Numbered from the stretch's first letter, positions 28,601-39,909 are shown. The stretch is DNA of 64,000 nt from Candidatus Marinacidobacterales bacterium (GCA_965224085.1 CBDCYI010000011.1:320001-384000), one strand, 5' to 3'. Notes: generated by a model not told the origin, from the letters alone. Numbers and translations: made by a program.

Positions 28601-30071
28601 GGTAGCTGCCCGGATGCCATCCGAGATAGTTCTGGTCGGAACCCGACCCGTGTATCCAAACGATAGCCGGATGCTTCTGCGTTCGATCCAGCGTCTCGGG
28701 AACCATCAACGTCGCCGGCACCTGTGCCCGGTCATGGCGGCTCGGAAAGTACACCGGAACGGGTGTGGTCAGATCGGCTCTGTTCAGCCCGGCGGGCATC
28801 GAGTCGCTGAGCCGGACCGACTCGGCGTGGGCTCGGGCTGGCGCGGCGTAGAGATCCAGGGAGTTTTCGGGATCCGTGCGGTGGTAGAGGATATTCCGTC
28901 CGTCCGGAGCAAATGCCGGGCTGAAGTTGACACCGCGATCGGAAATGATGGTTTCGCTCTTACCGGTCGCCACGTCGACGATATCGATGAACCGCTCCAT
29001 CTGATTCCCATCAACGCTGTGGTGGTACGCGATCCGGCTGCTGTCCGGCGACCATTCCGGTAGGCCCGCCCCGTAGTTGCCCGACGTCAGTTGCTCGGCC
29101 TGCGCTTCGGACGTGGCGTCGACGGGCAAGACATAGATGTGAATCCATCCCGAACGATCGCTGACAAACGCGACGGCCTTGCCATCCGGGGAAACGACGG
29201 TGCGGGCATCGCGGCGGGTCGGAGACCACCACCGATCGTCGTGATCCTTCCAGAGCCTGCGCGGCGCACGGCCCATCGTGGCGACTTTGATTTCACGGGT
29301 CTTCCCATCGGGAGAGCGTTCCTCATAGAGGACCGAACCATCACCGGTGAACTGCACCGAGCTGACGTTTCCCGTCGTCGGAATCCAGGCGATATCGCCA
29401 CCATAAATAGAGACGACTCCCAGCCTGCGCTCGCCTCTCGGGTTCGATGTCCGGAACGAACGGATCAGGTCGCCGTTGAACGGCAACGGGAAGGATCGCG
29501 GGAGCGAGGTGCTGCGGCGAGCGATGAACGCGATCCACCGGCCATCGCGCGAGAAGACGGCATTTCCTGCGGCCATACCCTCTGGCATTACGGTGATCTG
29601 GCGCCGGGTCTTCGCTTCGAGCGATGCGAACCAAATGTCCCCCTGCCGGATGAATGCGACCTGCGTTTTGTCGGGTGACAGGGTGAAGCTCGCCGCGTCC
29701 GCCAGGTCGGGATAGCGCATCGGGCTCGGCGAAGAGGGCGACACCGTCCATAGTTGACCGTCCTTTGAAAATAGGATTTCGGTCGCGGACACCCAAGCTA
29801 GCGAATCGATGTCAGAGACGAGCAAATCAGGATCTACTGAGAAGTCCGTCAGCGCCACGGGTCTCTGACCCGGTGTGACGACAAACAAGTCCTGCTTTCC
29901 CCAGGAATCCCAAAGAAAAGCAATCCTCTTCCCGTCGGGCGACCAGACCGGCCTCGATGGGTACTTGATTTGGGAGATGCGCTCAATCGTAATGCTTCCT
30001 CGGGGCGCTCGCGCGGCCGCGCTCAGCGCGAAGCAGGTCACGATCACGGAACTGCCGATCAATTTTTTTAT
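28600..30071 (-). pseudogene. S9 peptidase (beta-propeller plus start of hydrolase domain), truncated before the catalytic Ser
   Basis: Multiple SPDG repeats and PAIVWIHG; no GxSxG before the junction. Confidence 0.8.
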
Positions 30072-30169
30072 AATCGGGTTACCCTCTGCAAACAGCGGCA
30101 CGTTATCAGCGAACGAATCGCCGAGATTATCGTCTTTCCTCTGTCCCTCTATCAAGACTGCCCATCCAA

Positions 30170-30381
30170 CGGTAAACCGTGGCAATGTTCGGATGGTTCA
30201 GCGACGCGAACAGCTGCGCTTCGCGTTCGAAGCGCGCGACGACCGCTTCGGGGAGGACTTTGATCGCGACGTCGCGCCTGAGCTTCGTGTCCCGGGCACG
30301 GTAGACCTCGCCCGTTCCACCTTTGCCGATGAGCTCGAGCATCTCATCGACGCCGAGCCGGCCACCCGCAGTGAGAGACAT
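30170..30381 (-). pseudogene. Ser/Thr protein kinase, N-terminal fragment
   Basis: IGKGGTGEVYRARDTKLRRDVAIKVL..RFEREA..LNHPNIA. Confidence 0.85.
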
Positions 30382-30414
30382 TGTTGCCACGGAGGATATC
30401 ACCCCAAAGACGCG

Positions 30415-30695
30415 TCAGGATTCATTGGTGTAGTCCCAATCGGTTGACCTGCCTGTTGGAGTGGGTACGCCTTGCTCAGTAAGGTGGATTACGATTTGTC
30501 GGACGGGCCAGTTCTCTTCGACGTAGAGTCGGAAAATCTCTCGTAGCACCTCAGCTTCGGTTTCATCGACTTCGACAGACGGTGGCTCGTTGAGATCACG
30601 TCGCCGCTGGAATCGGTAGCCGAAGGGAACTTGGGAGCTGACGGGGCGACCTTGCCGCGCCCAGTACAATCGCCCCCGCCGGGTCCTCTCCAATA
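30415..30695 (-). mobile_element. Large serine recombinase internal fragment
   Basis: ERTRRGR..PFGY..EAEVLREIFRLY..LTEQGVPTP. Confidence 0.8.
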
Positions 30696-30830
30696 CACTC
30701 ATGGATCAAGACGCCGATGCGACAGTGGATCAGTGCGCAAGGAAAAGCGGATAGCCAGACCGGAAACGAGAACATCATGGCGAAAAGAGCCGCTGTCAGG
30801 CCGGCGAGACCGAGGTGCGTTATAATGGTG
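30696..30830 (-). pseudogene. Possible fatty-acid desaturase N-terminal fragment
   Basis: IITHLGLAGLTAALFAMMFSFPVWLSAFPCALIHCRIGVLIHE: TM segments ending at what looks like a first His box. Confidence 0.35.
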
Positions 30831-31012
30831 CGACAGGTCTGTGGAGGATCGGCCGATTCTGTTGCGCACCTTCACGCGTCATCAATCACTCACGGGTCTG
30901 CTGGTAGCTCAGCAGTACCCATGCGATAATGCCGCCCGTTCACACGCCGTCCGACCTCGAGCCTCCTGAGCCCGTACGCAAGCGGCAATCGTTCCTCCAG
31001 ATGGCGCAGATC

Positions 31013-32524
31013 ATGAATCTCACGCGGCGACGAGAAGAGTGGGGTGAGCTGGATCAGCGTGTCTTCGACGTCGTCGTCGTGGGCGGCGGGATCAACGGTG
31101 CCTGCCTTTATCATTTCCTTTGCGCGGCGGGTTACTCCGTTTTGCTCGTTGATAAACGCGACTTTGCGGGAGCCACCAGCCAGGCTTCTGCGATGATGAT
31201 CTGGGGCGGTCTGCTCTACATGCGCAACTGGGAATTTCTCACCGTCCGGCGACTCTGCGCGGCGCGTGACCGTATGGTACGTCAGCATGAGGATTGGATC
31301 CAAGCGCGTCCTTTTCGTTATCTCCCAACGAATGACAACGGCCATAGCAAATGGTTCGTTCGCGCGGCCCTCTATTTGTACTGGCTTCTCGGCGCGTGCG
31401 CGCGTCGTCCGCCGCGGAGCGAATCGTAGTTCCCGGAAAGAGAGCTCCTTCGGCCAGGGGCCCATAGCGGCTCGTTGGTCTACGAGGAAGCCGCTGTCGT
31501 CCCCTCAGATGCGAGATTCGTTCTCGCGTGGCTCCTGTCCCACCGCAGCACCGAAAAAAAGGCATTCAACTATTGCTCGTTGGAGGACGGCGCCTTCGAT
31601 CCATCCGATCGAGTGTGGCGCTTGGATGTCAGCGACCGGCAGCTTGGAACCATCTACCCCGTCCGGACGCGCTGGGTCGTGAATGCGGCAGGCACGTGGA
31701 CCGACACTGTGAACCACAGATTCGGCGTGGAGTCGCCCTATAAACATGTTTTCAGCAAAGGTGTCTTCCTAGGGTTACGCAAGCATCCGCGCCATGAGCT
31801 TCCCCTAATCCTCGACACGCGCTCGGATAGAGACGCCATGTCGTTCATCCCTTGGGGGGACGTGTCTTTGTGGGGCCCAACGGAGGGGTTCGTCAGCGAT
31901 CCTGAGAGCGGGTTCACCGTGAAGCCCGAGGACGTTCGGTGGCTGATCGACGAGCTCAACCCACACCTTGCGCGACGTGTCGGACCCGAAGACGTTGTTT
32001 CCCTACGATGCGGGCTTCGTCCGCTCGTCGTGGAGCGTTCGTTCGACAACGACTGCCATCCGCTCGATTTGTCACGAAAGCACCGTATTCATCGGGATCG
32101 GGATCGCCCGTGGATCAGCGTTTATGGCGGCAAATTGACCGGCTGTGCGGAATTGGCCCGACAGGTGTGCGAGCGGTTGGGCCCGGCGTCGCGCGATCGG
32201 CCCTGGGTCGACGCGGGGCTCGCGCCGGAGGTGACGCCTGCAGACTGGGTCCGCTTCCCCGGTGTAAGCTCCGAGTTGCCATCGGCGCGTTGGTGTGTCG
32301 AGGAGGAAATGTGCTGGACGTTGGAAGACTATCTGCGGCGCCGCACGAACATCGCACAGTGGGTTCCGCGAGGCGGACTCGGCCGCGACAACGAGAACGT
32401 GCCCCTTTTGACGCATCTCGCTCGCTCTTTCGAGAACGGGGCGGTCGGCGCCGCCGAGGCGGGAGTTGCTTCCTACTGTCGCAAGATCGAAAGAGAGTTC
32501 GACAGTGTCCTTGCTCGTTGTTGA
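31013..32524 (+). pseudogene. GlpD-like FAD-dependent oxidoreductase with an in-frame TAG at 31427-31429
   Basis: DVVVVGGGING, DFAGATS, VVNAAGTW, GLRPL, GGKLT; both ORFs are in the same frame. Confidence 0.8.
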
Positions 32525-32539
32525 CCCGAGGCGCGTGAA

Positions 32540-33853
32540 ATGGACAGGGACAGTAAAGCAAGCCGGCCAGCGCTTCTAGGGGGAGCCAAGGCGGTCACTC
32601 TCGATGCCACGGAGGCGAACCGTTGGCCGATTCTAACGGAGGAAGACGAGGCCGCCGTGTGTGAGGTTCTTCGGGACGGAGACATTTCACTTCATCCTGT
32701 TACCCGCACACTCGAGGAGGACTATCGCAATTTCCTGGGCGTGCGTCATGCCCTCGCGCACTGCAATGGCACCGCGGCGCTTTTCGCCGCGTTTTTTGCC
32801 CTAGATCTCAGGCCCGGTGACGAGGTGCTCGTTCCGTCCGCGACTTTTTGGGCTTCCGTCGTTCCGATGTTGTGGCTGGACGCGATTCCGGTGTTTTGCG
32901 AAAGTGAGCCACAACGGCTCGGGTTGGATCCTGAGGATGTCGAGCGAAAAATCACGCCGCGAACGCGCGCGATAGTCGTCGTCCACCTTTGGGGAATGCC
33001 GTGCAAGATGACGCGACTCCTCGAGATCGCCGAGCAGCATGATCTCAAGGTGATCGAAGACGCTTCCCACGCGCTCGGAGCGTCGTGGCGGGAGCGTCGA
33101 TGCGGCTCGCTCTGGGAAATTTCTGTCATCAGCCTTCAGGGCGACAAGCTCGCCCCGGCCGGCGAAGGGGGCATGTTCCTCACGGATCACGACGAGTACA
33201 TGGAGCGCGCTAGCACCCTTGGCGACATCATGCGTATTCTGGAGCTCGAGGGGCCGGCCCAGCGTTTCGCGGGAACGAGTTTCGGCGTGAAGACGCGTAT
33301 GGCGCCTTTGTCGGCGGCCGTCGCTCGCACTCAGCTTCGCCGGCTTCCCGAACGCAACGCCCGAAGGAACCGAAACCTTATTTATCTCTCCGACAGATTG
33401 GAGCACCTGGGATTCGACACCTTCCTCCCCCCACCCCACATCGAACGCGTCTACTTCGAATACATCATTCGCTATGACGCCGAGCGATGGGGTATGCCCG
33501 CGCAAATGCTGGTCAACGCGCTGCGAGCCGAAGGATGCGAGGTGGCTTTGCCGCGTTATCCTTTGCTACACCAGCAGCCCCTGTTCACCGAAGGTCACTT
33601 CTCTCGCATCGCTAGACTCGAGGGGCACCCTGAGATCCAGCGACCAGAATATCGCGCGGACGCTTTGCCGCAAACCGAAGCGATGAGTCTGAAACTGGTA
33701 ACTCTTCCGACGTTCCCGTTTGGCGAGACCGAGCTGCTGGATCAATATGTCGAGGCGTTCGAGAAAACCTTGAAGCACGCCGATGCGTTGACGAACGGAG
33801 CGAAGAGCTCGGCCGGCGACTGGGCGACGTCTCCAAAACCCCCAGGAAACTGA
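32540..33853 (+). CDS. DegT/DnrJ/EryC1/StrS PLP aminotransferase
   Basis: HCNGTAAL, VVVHLWG, IEDASHA, SLQGDKL..GEGG. Confidence 0.9.
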   Translation: MDRDSKASRPALLGGAKAVTLDATEANRWPILTEEDEAAVCEVLRDGDISLHPVTRTLEEDYRNFLGVRHALAHCNGTAALFAAFFALDLRPGDEVLVPSATFWASVVPMLWLDAIPVFCESEPQRLGLDPEDVERKITPRTRAIVVVHLWGMPCKMTRLLEIAEQHDLKVIEDASHALGASWRERRCGSLWEISVISLQGDKLAPAGEGGMFLTDHDEYMERASTLGDIMRILELEGPAQRFAGTSFGVKTRMAPLSAAVARTQLRRLPERNARRNRNLIYLSDRLEHLGFDTFLPPPHIERVYFEYIIRYDAERWGMPAQMLVNALRAEGCEVALPRYPLLHQQPLFTEGHFSRIARLEGHPEIQRPEYRADALPQTEAMSLKLVTLPTFPFGETELLDQYVEAFEKTLKHADALTNGAKSSAGDWATSPKPPGN

Positions 33854-34195
33854 GTGCGTCGGCAACGAATATGGATGGCGAACATCACCGGCCGTCTCCA
33901 TCGGAGACGTGGCAACTTGCTCCGACCGGGAGAAGGGCTCACGTCCGGAAGACGTGTCGGCCGCCAGTGAGACTGCCGTCTACAATCTCGCGATGCACCT
34001 CAACCCGCTGATTCCCGAGCGGACTGTTGGATAGAGCGGGGATTCTAATTATCGCAGCTCACCTTCGCAAAGTGGCGGTCAATCCATTCGATTCGATCAC
34101 TTGTGAGATCTCGTCGATGTTTCCCATTGGGCGAGAGTAACATAGGATTCCGCTACAAATGACGAAGGCGAAACGCTTTATCGAGCTCGATGAGC

Positions 34196-34512
34196 TCAGC
34201 TCGCTCGCCACTGGCGCTTGGATTCTCGGCGCGGGTGGCACAAAGCGACTTCGCCACTTGCCCACCGTGTCCTCATGGTGCGCATCTTCCTCGCGACCTC
34301 CGAATTCGTCAGTCCCGACGCGCAATGCAGCACGATTCTGGCCCGAAATGCTTGGTGCGGCGACGCCCGTCTGCGGCGAGTCAGTCGCTCAAGCGCTTTG
34401 GTTTCTTCAGAGGTCGGCTTCAACTCAGCCAATTGCCGCCCGTTGGGTTTCATGCACTTAGCCAATCACAACTGGACATGGTATGTCTACCTTTTTTGTT
34501 CCAGGGGACTAG
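34196..34512 (-). mobile_element. IS630-family left end plus N-terminal transposase fragment
   Basis: RARIVL..GLTNSEVAR..TVGKWRSRF; terminal CTAGTCCCCTGGAACAAAAAA on the minus strand. Confidence 0.75.
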
Positions 34513-34717
34513 AAATGACGATTGACGCCACGCTTCGCCATACCGCGGAAGACCAATGGCTAACGGTCGAGGTCCTGCGAAGCGTCGACGGCTCATTCGA
34601 GGAGCGCTACGAGTCCACGGCCACGCGCGTTCGCTAGGACGTTCCCACCGAGCTCGTGTGCGCGAGGCTGCCGTCGGCGAAGGCTTTGGGCTCGAATACA
34701 AAGCCTTCGAATCTCGG

Positions 34718-35128
34718 CTACGATAGGCGCTTCAGGGCTGTCGCTGGCGCCACCGCTTCCACCGGCGCCTTCGCGTAGTCGCGTAGGTTTCTCGTCGCTA
34801 TGAGATCGGCGCTGCAGGCTACCGCGGCAGCGACCTGCATCGCATCCTCGAAATCCCTCATGTCGAGCTCACCAGCGAAACGCAAGCTTTCCGTTGTCGT
34901 TTCCGACACGCGGATGAACTTCGCCAGGTCCAGAAGAAAGGTTCGAGCGCTGGTCTTCCCCCGACTCGGTGCCACGAGGTAGTAGAAGTTTGCGATCGAA
35001 TGCCAAGCAATGAAACCCGTTCCGGGCCGGCGCTCCATCGCATCCACGAGCGCCGACGCGGACTCGGCATGAGGCTTTCGATCGAGCGCGATGTCTACAA
35101 GGACATCGGTGTCCAGAAGAATCTTCAA
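34718..35128 (-). CDS. PIN-domain toxin
   Basis: ILLDTDVLVD, DFEDAMQVAAA, IATRNLRDY. Confidence 0.9.
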   Translation of the reverse strand: MKILLDTDVLVDIALDRKPHAESASALVDAMERRPGTGFIAWHSIANFYYLVAPSRGKTSARTFLLDLAKFIRVSETTTESLRFAGELDMRDFEDAMQVAAAVACSADLIATRNLRDYAKAPVEAVAPATALKRLS

Positions 35129-35346
35129 GAGTACTTCTGCGAGAGATGACGGTATCGCTCGTCTCGCCGCTCGGAAGCACGTAGCTTGCCCCTCCAGCGT
35201 TCTGAGAACGAGGGTGATTCGGCTGCACTCATCTCACGCAGCGCCTGCTCGATGAGCTGCGATAGCGAAACCCCAAGGGACCTCGCATGTTCCTTCGCTT
35301 TGGGGAGCAGTTCCTCGTCGATGGTCACCGTTAGCTTCGTTTTCAT
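35125..35346 (-). CDS. RHH antitoxin (DUF6364-like)
   Basis: MKTKLTVTIDEELLPKAKEHARSLGVSLSQLIE; overlaps the toxin start. Confidence 0.85.
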   Translation of the reverse strand: MKTKLTVTIDEELLPKAKEHARSLGVSLSQLIEQALREMSAAESPSFSERWRGKLRASERRDERYRHLSQKYS

Positions 35347-35364
35347 TGGCCCCAGCCGCCTTTC

Positions 35365-35394
35365 GTATACGTATTCTAGCACGGAGTATACGTA
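35365..35394. promoter_or_regulatory. Probable TA operator
   Basis: GTATACGTA repeated 21 bp apart, just upstream of the antitoxin. Confidence 0.6.
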
Positions 35395-35694
35395 CTTTGA
35401 CGACTCGAGCCTCGACGAAGCAAGTGCGCTGGTGGACGCGAGCCGAAAAAAACGGCGCGAGCCGTGGCGTGGCCTCGAAGATGTCGAGTTCGCCACTCTG
35501 TGATTCGGTGCGTTGGTGCAACACGCAACGCGTGTCTTAGCCGCTCGGAAACATCCCTCCGGTCGAGTACGAGATGAACTACTATCGGTCCCAGGACATC
35601 GATCGAGATGGCAGGACTCACGCCGCTCGAGGTCCGTGCGGCGACGCTCCATCCCGCGCAGGCTCTGCACGAGCCGAAGGGCGAACCGATTTCA

Positions 35695-35953
35695 ATTCGG
35701 TGTCGTGCGCACGGGGCTCTTGGCCGACCTCGCCATCGTTGACGAGAACCCGCTCGAAAACCTCAAGGTGCTGTACGGCACCGGTCACGTTCGGTTGAAC
35801 GAGGAAACGCAGAAACCGGAGCGGGTCGGCGGCATCAAGTACACCATCAAAGACGGCATAATTTATGACGCGACGCAGCTTCTTCGAGACGTCGAGCAGA
35901 TGGTGACCGAACAGAAGCGGGAACGGGGTATTACCGAGCTGCCGAGATACTGA
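35695..35953 (+). pseudogene. Amidohydrolase C-terminal fragment (paralog of 25311..26870)
   Basis: ADLAIVDENPLENLKVLYGTG..GGIKYTIKDG. Confidence 0.8.
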
Positions 35954-36112
35954 GACTGGAACTCCCGGCGACAAACGCAGTCGAGCCGCGCGCGAACGTT
36001 TGTGTCGGAAGTTGGGCTCGGCTCGATGTTGATCCACGTACGAAGCAAAACGCACGAAACCGGCTGACTGGGACGTTGGTCACTTCCCGTTTAGAATGAC
36101 CGATCTGAGGAG

Positions 36113-37468
36113 GTGTGCTTGATCTCACTAGCGCTGATACTCTCGACGCTCCTGTCGCAGGACGCGGCCGACAACAAGACAAAGGCTTTTGCGCGGGTCG
36201 ACGCTTCGTCCGAGCAACACCTTGCATTTCTGCAGAAGCTCATCCGAACCGGCGAGCGCGGAGAGGAGGCGGTGCAAGCCGTCGTGGAGCAGCGTTTCCG
36301 GGATCTCGGGTGCGACGTCGAGGTCGTCCGTGTGCTGCCGAGCTCGCTTCGGCTCGAGAAGGAGTTCGCCTCCGGGGCGATGATCGACGAAACGGAGCGC
36401 ATCAGTGTCGTGGGGGTGTGCCGCGGCACCGGAGGCGGTAGGAGCGTTCTGTTCTTCGCGCACCCGGACGGCATTCGGGTCGACCCCAGAGGTTGGACCA
36501 AGCCTCTGTTCGAGGGGGTGGTTGAGAACGGCCGTCTCTACGGCTGGGCCATTGCCGACGATTTGGCTGGAGTCGCTCTCATGGCGGCCGCCATGGCGGC
36601 CATCCGGGGGGCGGGCGTTCAGCTGCGCGGAGACGTCATTCTCGCGAGCACGGCGAGCAAGCGCAACGGTCGGGGCATTTTGGCAGTTCTGCGCAAAGGC
36701 TATCGCGCGGACGCCGCAGTCTACCTACACCCCGCAGAGTCAGGCGGGGGGCTAGGCGAGATCAAGTCGCTGACGTCCGGCTTGTTGCGTTTCCAGGTGA
36801 GGGTTACAGGCAAGGCGCCGGAAACGACCGAGCCGGGACATACGGCATTCGCCCATCGCGCCTCCCCCGCGACGCGGTCGGCTCGGCTCATCATGCGCGC
36901 TCTCGAAGAGCTCGACGACGAGCGCGCCTCTCGCCTGCACCACCCACGACTCGACGAGCAAGTCGGCCGCTCCACCAACCTTCTCATCGCCGACGTGTCG
37001 TGCGGCAACGCCGCGGCGCTCAGCCGCGTTCCCGTCGAGTGCATCATCGGGGCGACGCTCACCTTTTCTCCCGGCGAAGCGCTCGAATCCGTTCAACGGG
37101 AGGTCGAGACCGCGATCGAAGACGCGGCCCAACACGACCCGCACCTACGGGGTCAACCTCCGCGGGTCGAATGGCTCTTCGGCACGCCTGGCGTCGAGGT
37201 CCCAACGAGCGATCCTCTCTATCGGACGGTCAGCGGCGCCATCGAGGCCGTCACCGGGACGGCACCCATCCCCTATGCCCTTCACTCGGGGAGCGACATC
37301 CGCAACCCCATCAATATTAACGGCACCCCGGCCGTGGGGTTCGGGCCGCTCGCGGGAGGTCTGACGCACTCGGGGCTCACCGACGAATGGATCGACCTCG
37401 ACGACTACCGCCGAGCGATGAAAGCCGTCGTCGCCATCATGGTGGACTGGACCCGCGAAGACCCGTGA
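36113..37468 (+). CDS. Secreted M20/ArgE-DapE-like protein with an atypical active site
   Basis: FFAHPD, LYGWAIADDLAG, GDVILAST, DEWIDL. Confidence 0.8.
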   Translation: MCLISLALILSTLLSQDAADNKTKAFARVDASSEQHLAFLQKLIRTGERGEEAVQAVVEQRFRDLGCDVEVVRVLPSSLRLEKEFASGAMIDETERISVVGVCRGTGGGRSVLFFAHPDGIRVDPRGWTKPLFEGVVENGRLYGWAIADDLAGVALMAAAMAAIRGAGVQLRGDVILASTASKRNGRGILAVLRKGYRADAAVYLHPAESGGGLGEIKSLTSGLLRFQVRVTGKAPETTEPGHTAFAHRASPATRSARLIMRALEELDDERASRLHHPRLDEQVGRSTNLLIADVSCGNAAALSRVPVECIIGATLTFSPGEALESVQREVETAIEDAAQHDPHLRGQPPRVEWLFGTPGVEVPTSDPLYRTVSGAIEAVTGTAPIPYALHSGSDIRNPININGTPAVGFGPLAGGLTHSGLTDEWIDLDDYRRAMKAVVAIMVDWTREDP

Positions 37469-37650
37469 CGTTCAGTGGATCATCGGCATCCCAATAATGG
37501 GAATGAACGCGGTGCTACTGAATGCCCCGCTCAGACCCCATCGTCCTATTTTCGAACCATCGCACTAGCTTCGTTTTCGCAACAGGTCGGGAGCCATTTC
37601 CGACCGATGCGTCGTCTCGACTGAATAGAAGCGCCTATCGTTAGGCCAGT

Positions 37651-38325
37651 TCAGCTGCCCGGTCGGATTTCTGCGACGATCCACCGAGGGGTCGGAGTCC
37701 GATTTAGCCTGGTGTCCATGAGCTCGTAACGTTGGAGAACGACGGTGTAGGTCTTGTTTTCCGAGCCTTCGTTGATTCTGACCTGTAGCGGTTTCTCCTT
37801 GATCTGGCCCTCGAAGCCCTCGCCAACCGGCGTGCGCAGCGAGAGCGTCGCAGCGTTCTTGAGCGTCTGGACATCAAGAGACAGTTGTTCGGCGTCGACA
37901 TCGAGTTGAGCCAGCAACCCTTGCCTCTCCTGTAACTGTTCGTGGAACGTCGCGAGCTCTCCCTGGAAAGGCGCGGACGGATCCTCGGCGTATTGGCGGG
38001 TATAGGCATCGTAGGTGTCGCGGTTGTCGCTGACGAAGTTCGTGTTTTGTTTTCTCTGAACGCGGATTTCATTTCGCATGTTGTCGAGCTCCGCCTCTAG
38101 CTCCGCGAGCTGGAATGGTCCTTCCGACTCGGTCCCTCGCTCGACGATTTCCCATGACTGCAGAGTACCGTCGAACGTGGCTAGCGAGACCAGCTCGACA
38201 CCCGCCTGGTCACCTTTTTGGACGGCACTGAAAAAAGCGCCCAGGGTCTGCGCTTCCGGATCGCCGCTGCCGCATGCGGAGAGAAGACCAGGAATCGCGA
38301 CGGTAAGAATGAAGATGCTTCGCAC
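37651..38325 (-). CDS. Hypothetical lipoprotein with coiled coil
   Basis: Lipobox LSAC; GGAGG RBS. Confidence 0.7.
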   Translation of the reverse strand: MRSIFILTVAIPGLLSACGSGDPEAQTLGAFFSAVQKGDQAGVELVSLATFDGTLQSWEIVERGTESEGPFQLAELEAELDNMRNEIRVQRKQNTNFVSDNRDTYDAYTRQYAEDPSAPFQGELATFHEQLQERQGLLAQLDVDAEQLSLDVQTLKNAATLSLRTPVGEGFEGQIKEKPLQVRINEGSENKTYTVVLQRYELMDTRLNRTPTPRWIVAEIRPGS

Positions 38326-38719
38326 GGATACCTCCTTCGGAACGCACGGTACGGCTCTACCGCTGGTGACGGCTCAGGGTCCGATTCTTTAGCCCGAGGT
38401 CGCGCTTGTGGAAATTAGCCGTGCCCGCAATCGTCGTGGTGAGAAATATAGCTCCACTCGCGGGTCGGGGCAACTGTCGCCCGCCCGGAGGACTCGGTCG
38501 CCTCTCCGACGGATAGACGTGAGGAACGACCACCGAAGCGCGCTTTGGGACACGAAGTCGAGGTGTCGCTTCTATTGATTCATCCGGTGCGTCGCTATTG
38601 ATCTTTCTCGTCCGCGCGCGTCCTGCCGAAGAGCGAGATTCTCGAGCGCCAGTGAGCGGCGCGTTTCGAACGTCGAGACGAGGGAGCGCAGAAGCAACCA
38701 GATCATGAGGGGGATGCGC

Positions 38720-39614
38720 CGTTTTTGCCGAAAGCCTCGTCACCGTGACCTGGAGCGTTTCGGACGAGCTGAGCGGCATCGCCTCGGCGAGCGTGAGTGG
38801 TCAGCCCCTGAACTTCGATGCCGCCGGGGTCTTCACCGCGACCATCAATCTCATCGAGGGCAGAAACACTCTCGACGTCGAAGCCCTCGACGCCGCGGGA
38901 AACCGAGGCTCGGCGACCGTCGACAACGTCTATCTCGACCTCTCCCCAATCATCGTGATCACGTCGCCCGCCAATTCGAGTGTCGTGGACGTGGAGTCGG
39001 TGGATATCGAAAGCGTTGTAAGCGACGGTGTCGCCCTGGTGACCGTCGACGGGAACGCGGCACAGCTCGGGGCTGGAACCTTTACCGCGGCCGGCGTCAG
39101 CCTGGCAGAAGGGTTGAACGTTCTGACTGCCGTCGCCACCGACTCGCAGGGGAGACAGACCGAGGTGAGCATCCTTCTCTTGCGCGACCTCGTAGGCAGC
39201 GGCTCGGCCTTCGTCCTTGGCAGGTCCCGGCGACTGAGACTGAGTCGCATCGTCACCGACACAGCACTGCTTCCGGGTCAAACCGGCTGCTTCATCATGT
39301 TCACGCTCACCCCGCGAGCCGCCGTGGAGTCGGTCGATCTCGCGTTCAACTTCGAGAGTTTCGAAACCGATCGTCTCCTCGGGAAGGTTCAGCTCGACGG
39401 CCCCGTGAATCGTCGCGCGGACGCAGTCGGTGACCTCGAGCTAAACGGCCGGATGCGCAACAGCGGAGATCGGCTCACGTTTTTGAACGCGGTCGTGTAC
39501 TCCATTCTGAGTGGCGGTGGGCGTTCTCTCGGCTGTGGTATAGGTTTCGTTCAGGGGTCCACCGTTACTTTGGCAGACGGTATCACGACGGACACGGGCT
39601 TGAGCCCAGGGTAA
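38720..39614 (+). pseudogene. Ig-like repeat surface protein fragment
   Basis: LIEGRNTLDVEALDAAGN and LAEGLNVLTAVATD repeats; no N-terminus. Confidence 0.6.
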
Positions 39615-39909
39615 AGCAGTCCCTTCACGGTCATAAGTCTCGCTCCGTTCACGGAGGTCTCTCGGACCACTCAATGGATCAGTTGGGCTGAGAACGATAC
39701 TCGAGCGCTGACGACATCGGGTCGCGCGCAGTCGAGCGGCGATCTCACCGCTTTCAAGGACTGGCGCGCTGAAGTTCAACAGACCCTGGCGAAGGGATAT
39801 CCGTTCCTCAGCCGCAAAGAGATGGCGCACACTTGGTCGATGCTCAAGCGTGAGACGAGGCGACTCGAGGCGGAAATGAGACCGTAGCCCGCTGCAACTG
39901 TCGACAGTA

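Noticed and set aside
28293-30185. 630-aa ORF as an intact S9 peptidase
   Set aside because: It lacks the catalytic Ser/Asp/His region; its ends read through junctions into unrelated fragments.
32522-32540. Second Sec readthrough: the GlpD-like TGA is in frame with the DegT ORF
   Set aside because: The TGA is at a natural protein end, not in a redox motif; no clear SECIS is present; DegT has its own ATG.
37489-37502. Palindrome TCCCA-ATAA-TGGGA
   Set aside because: It lies between convergent genes with no promoter context and is short enough to be chance.
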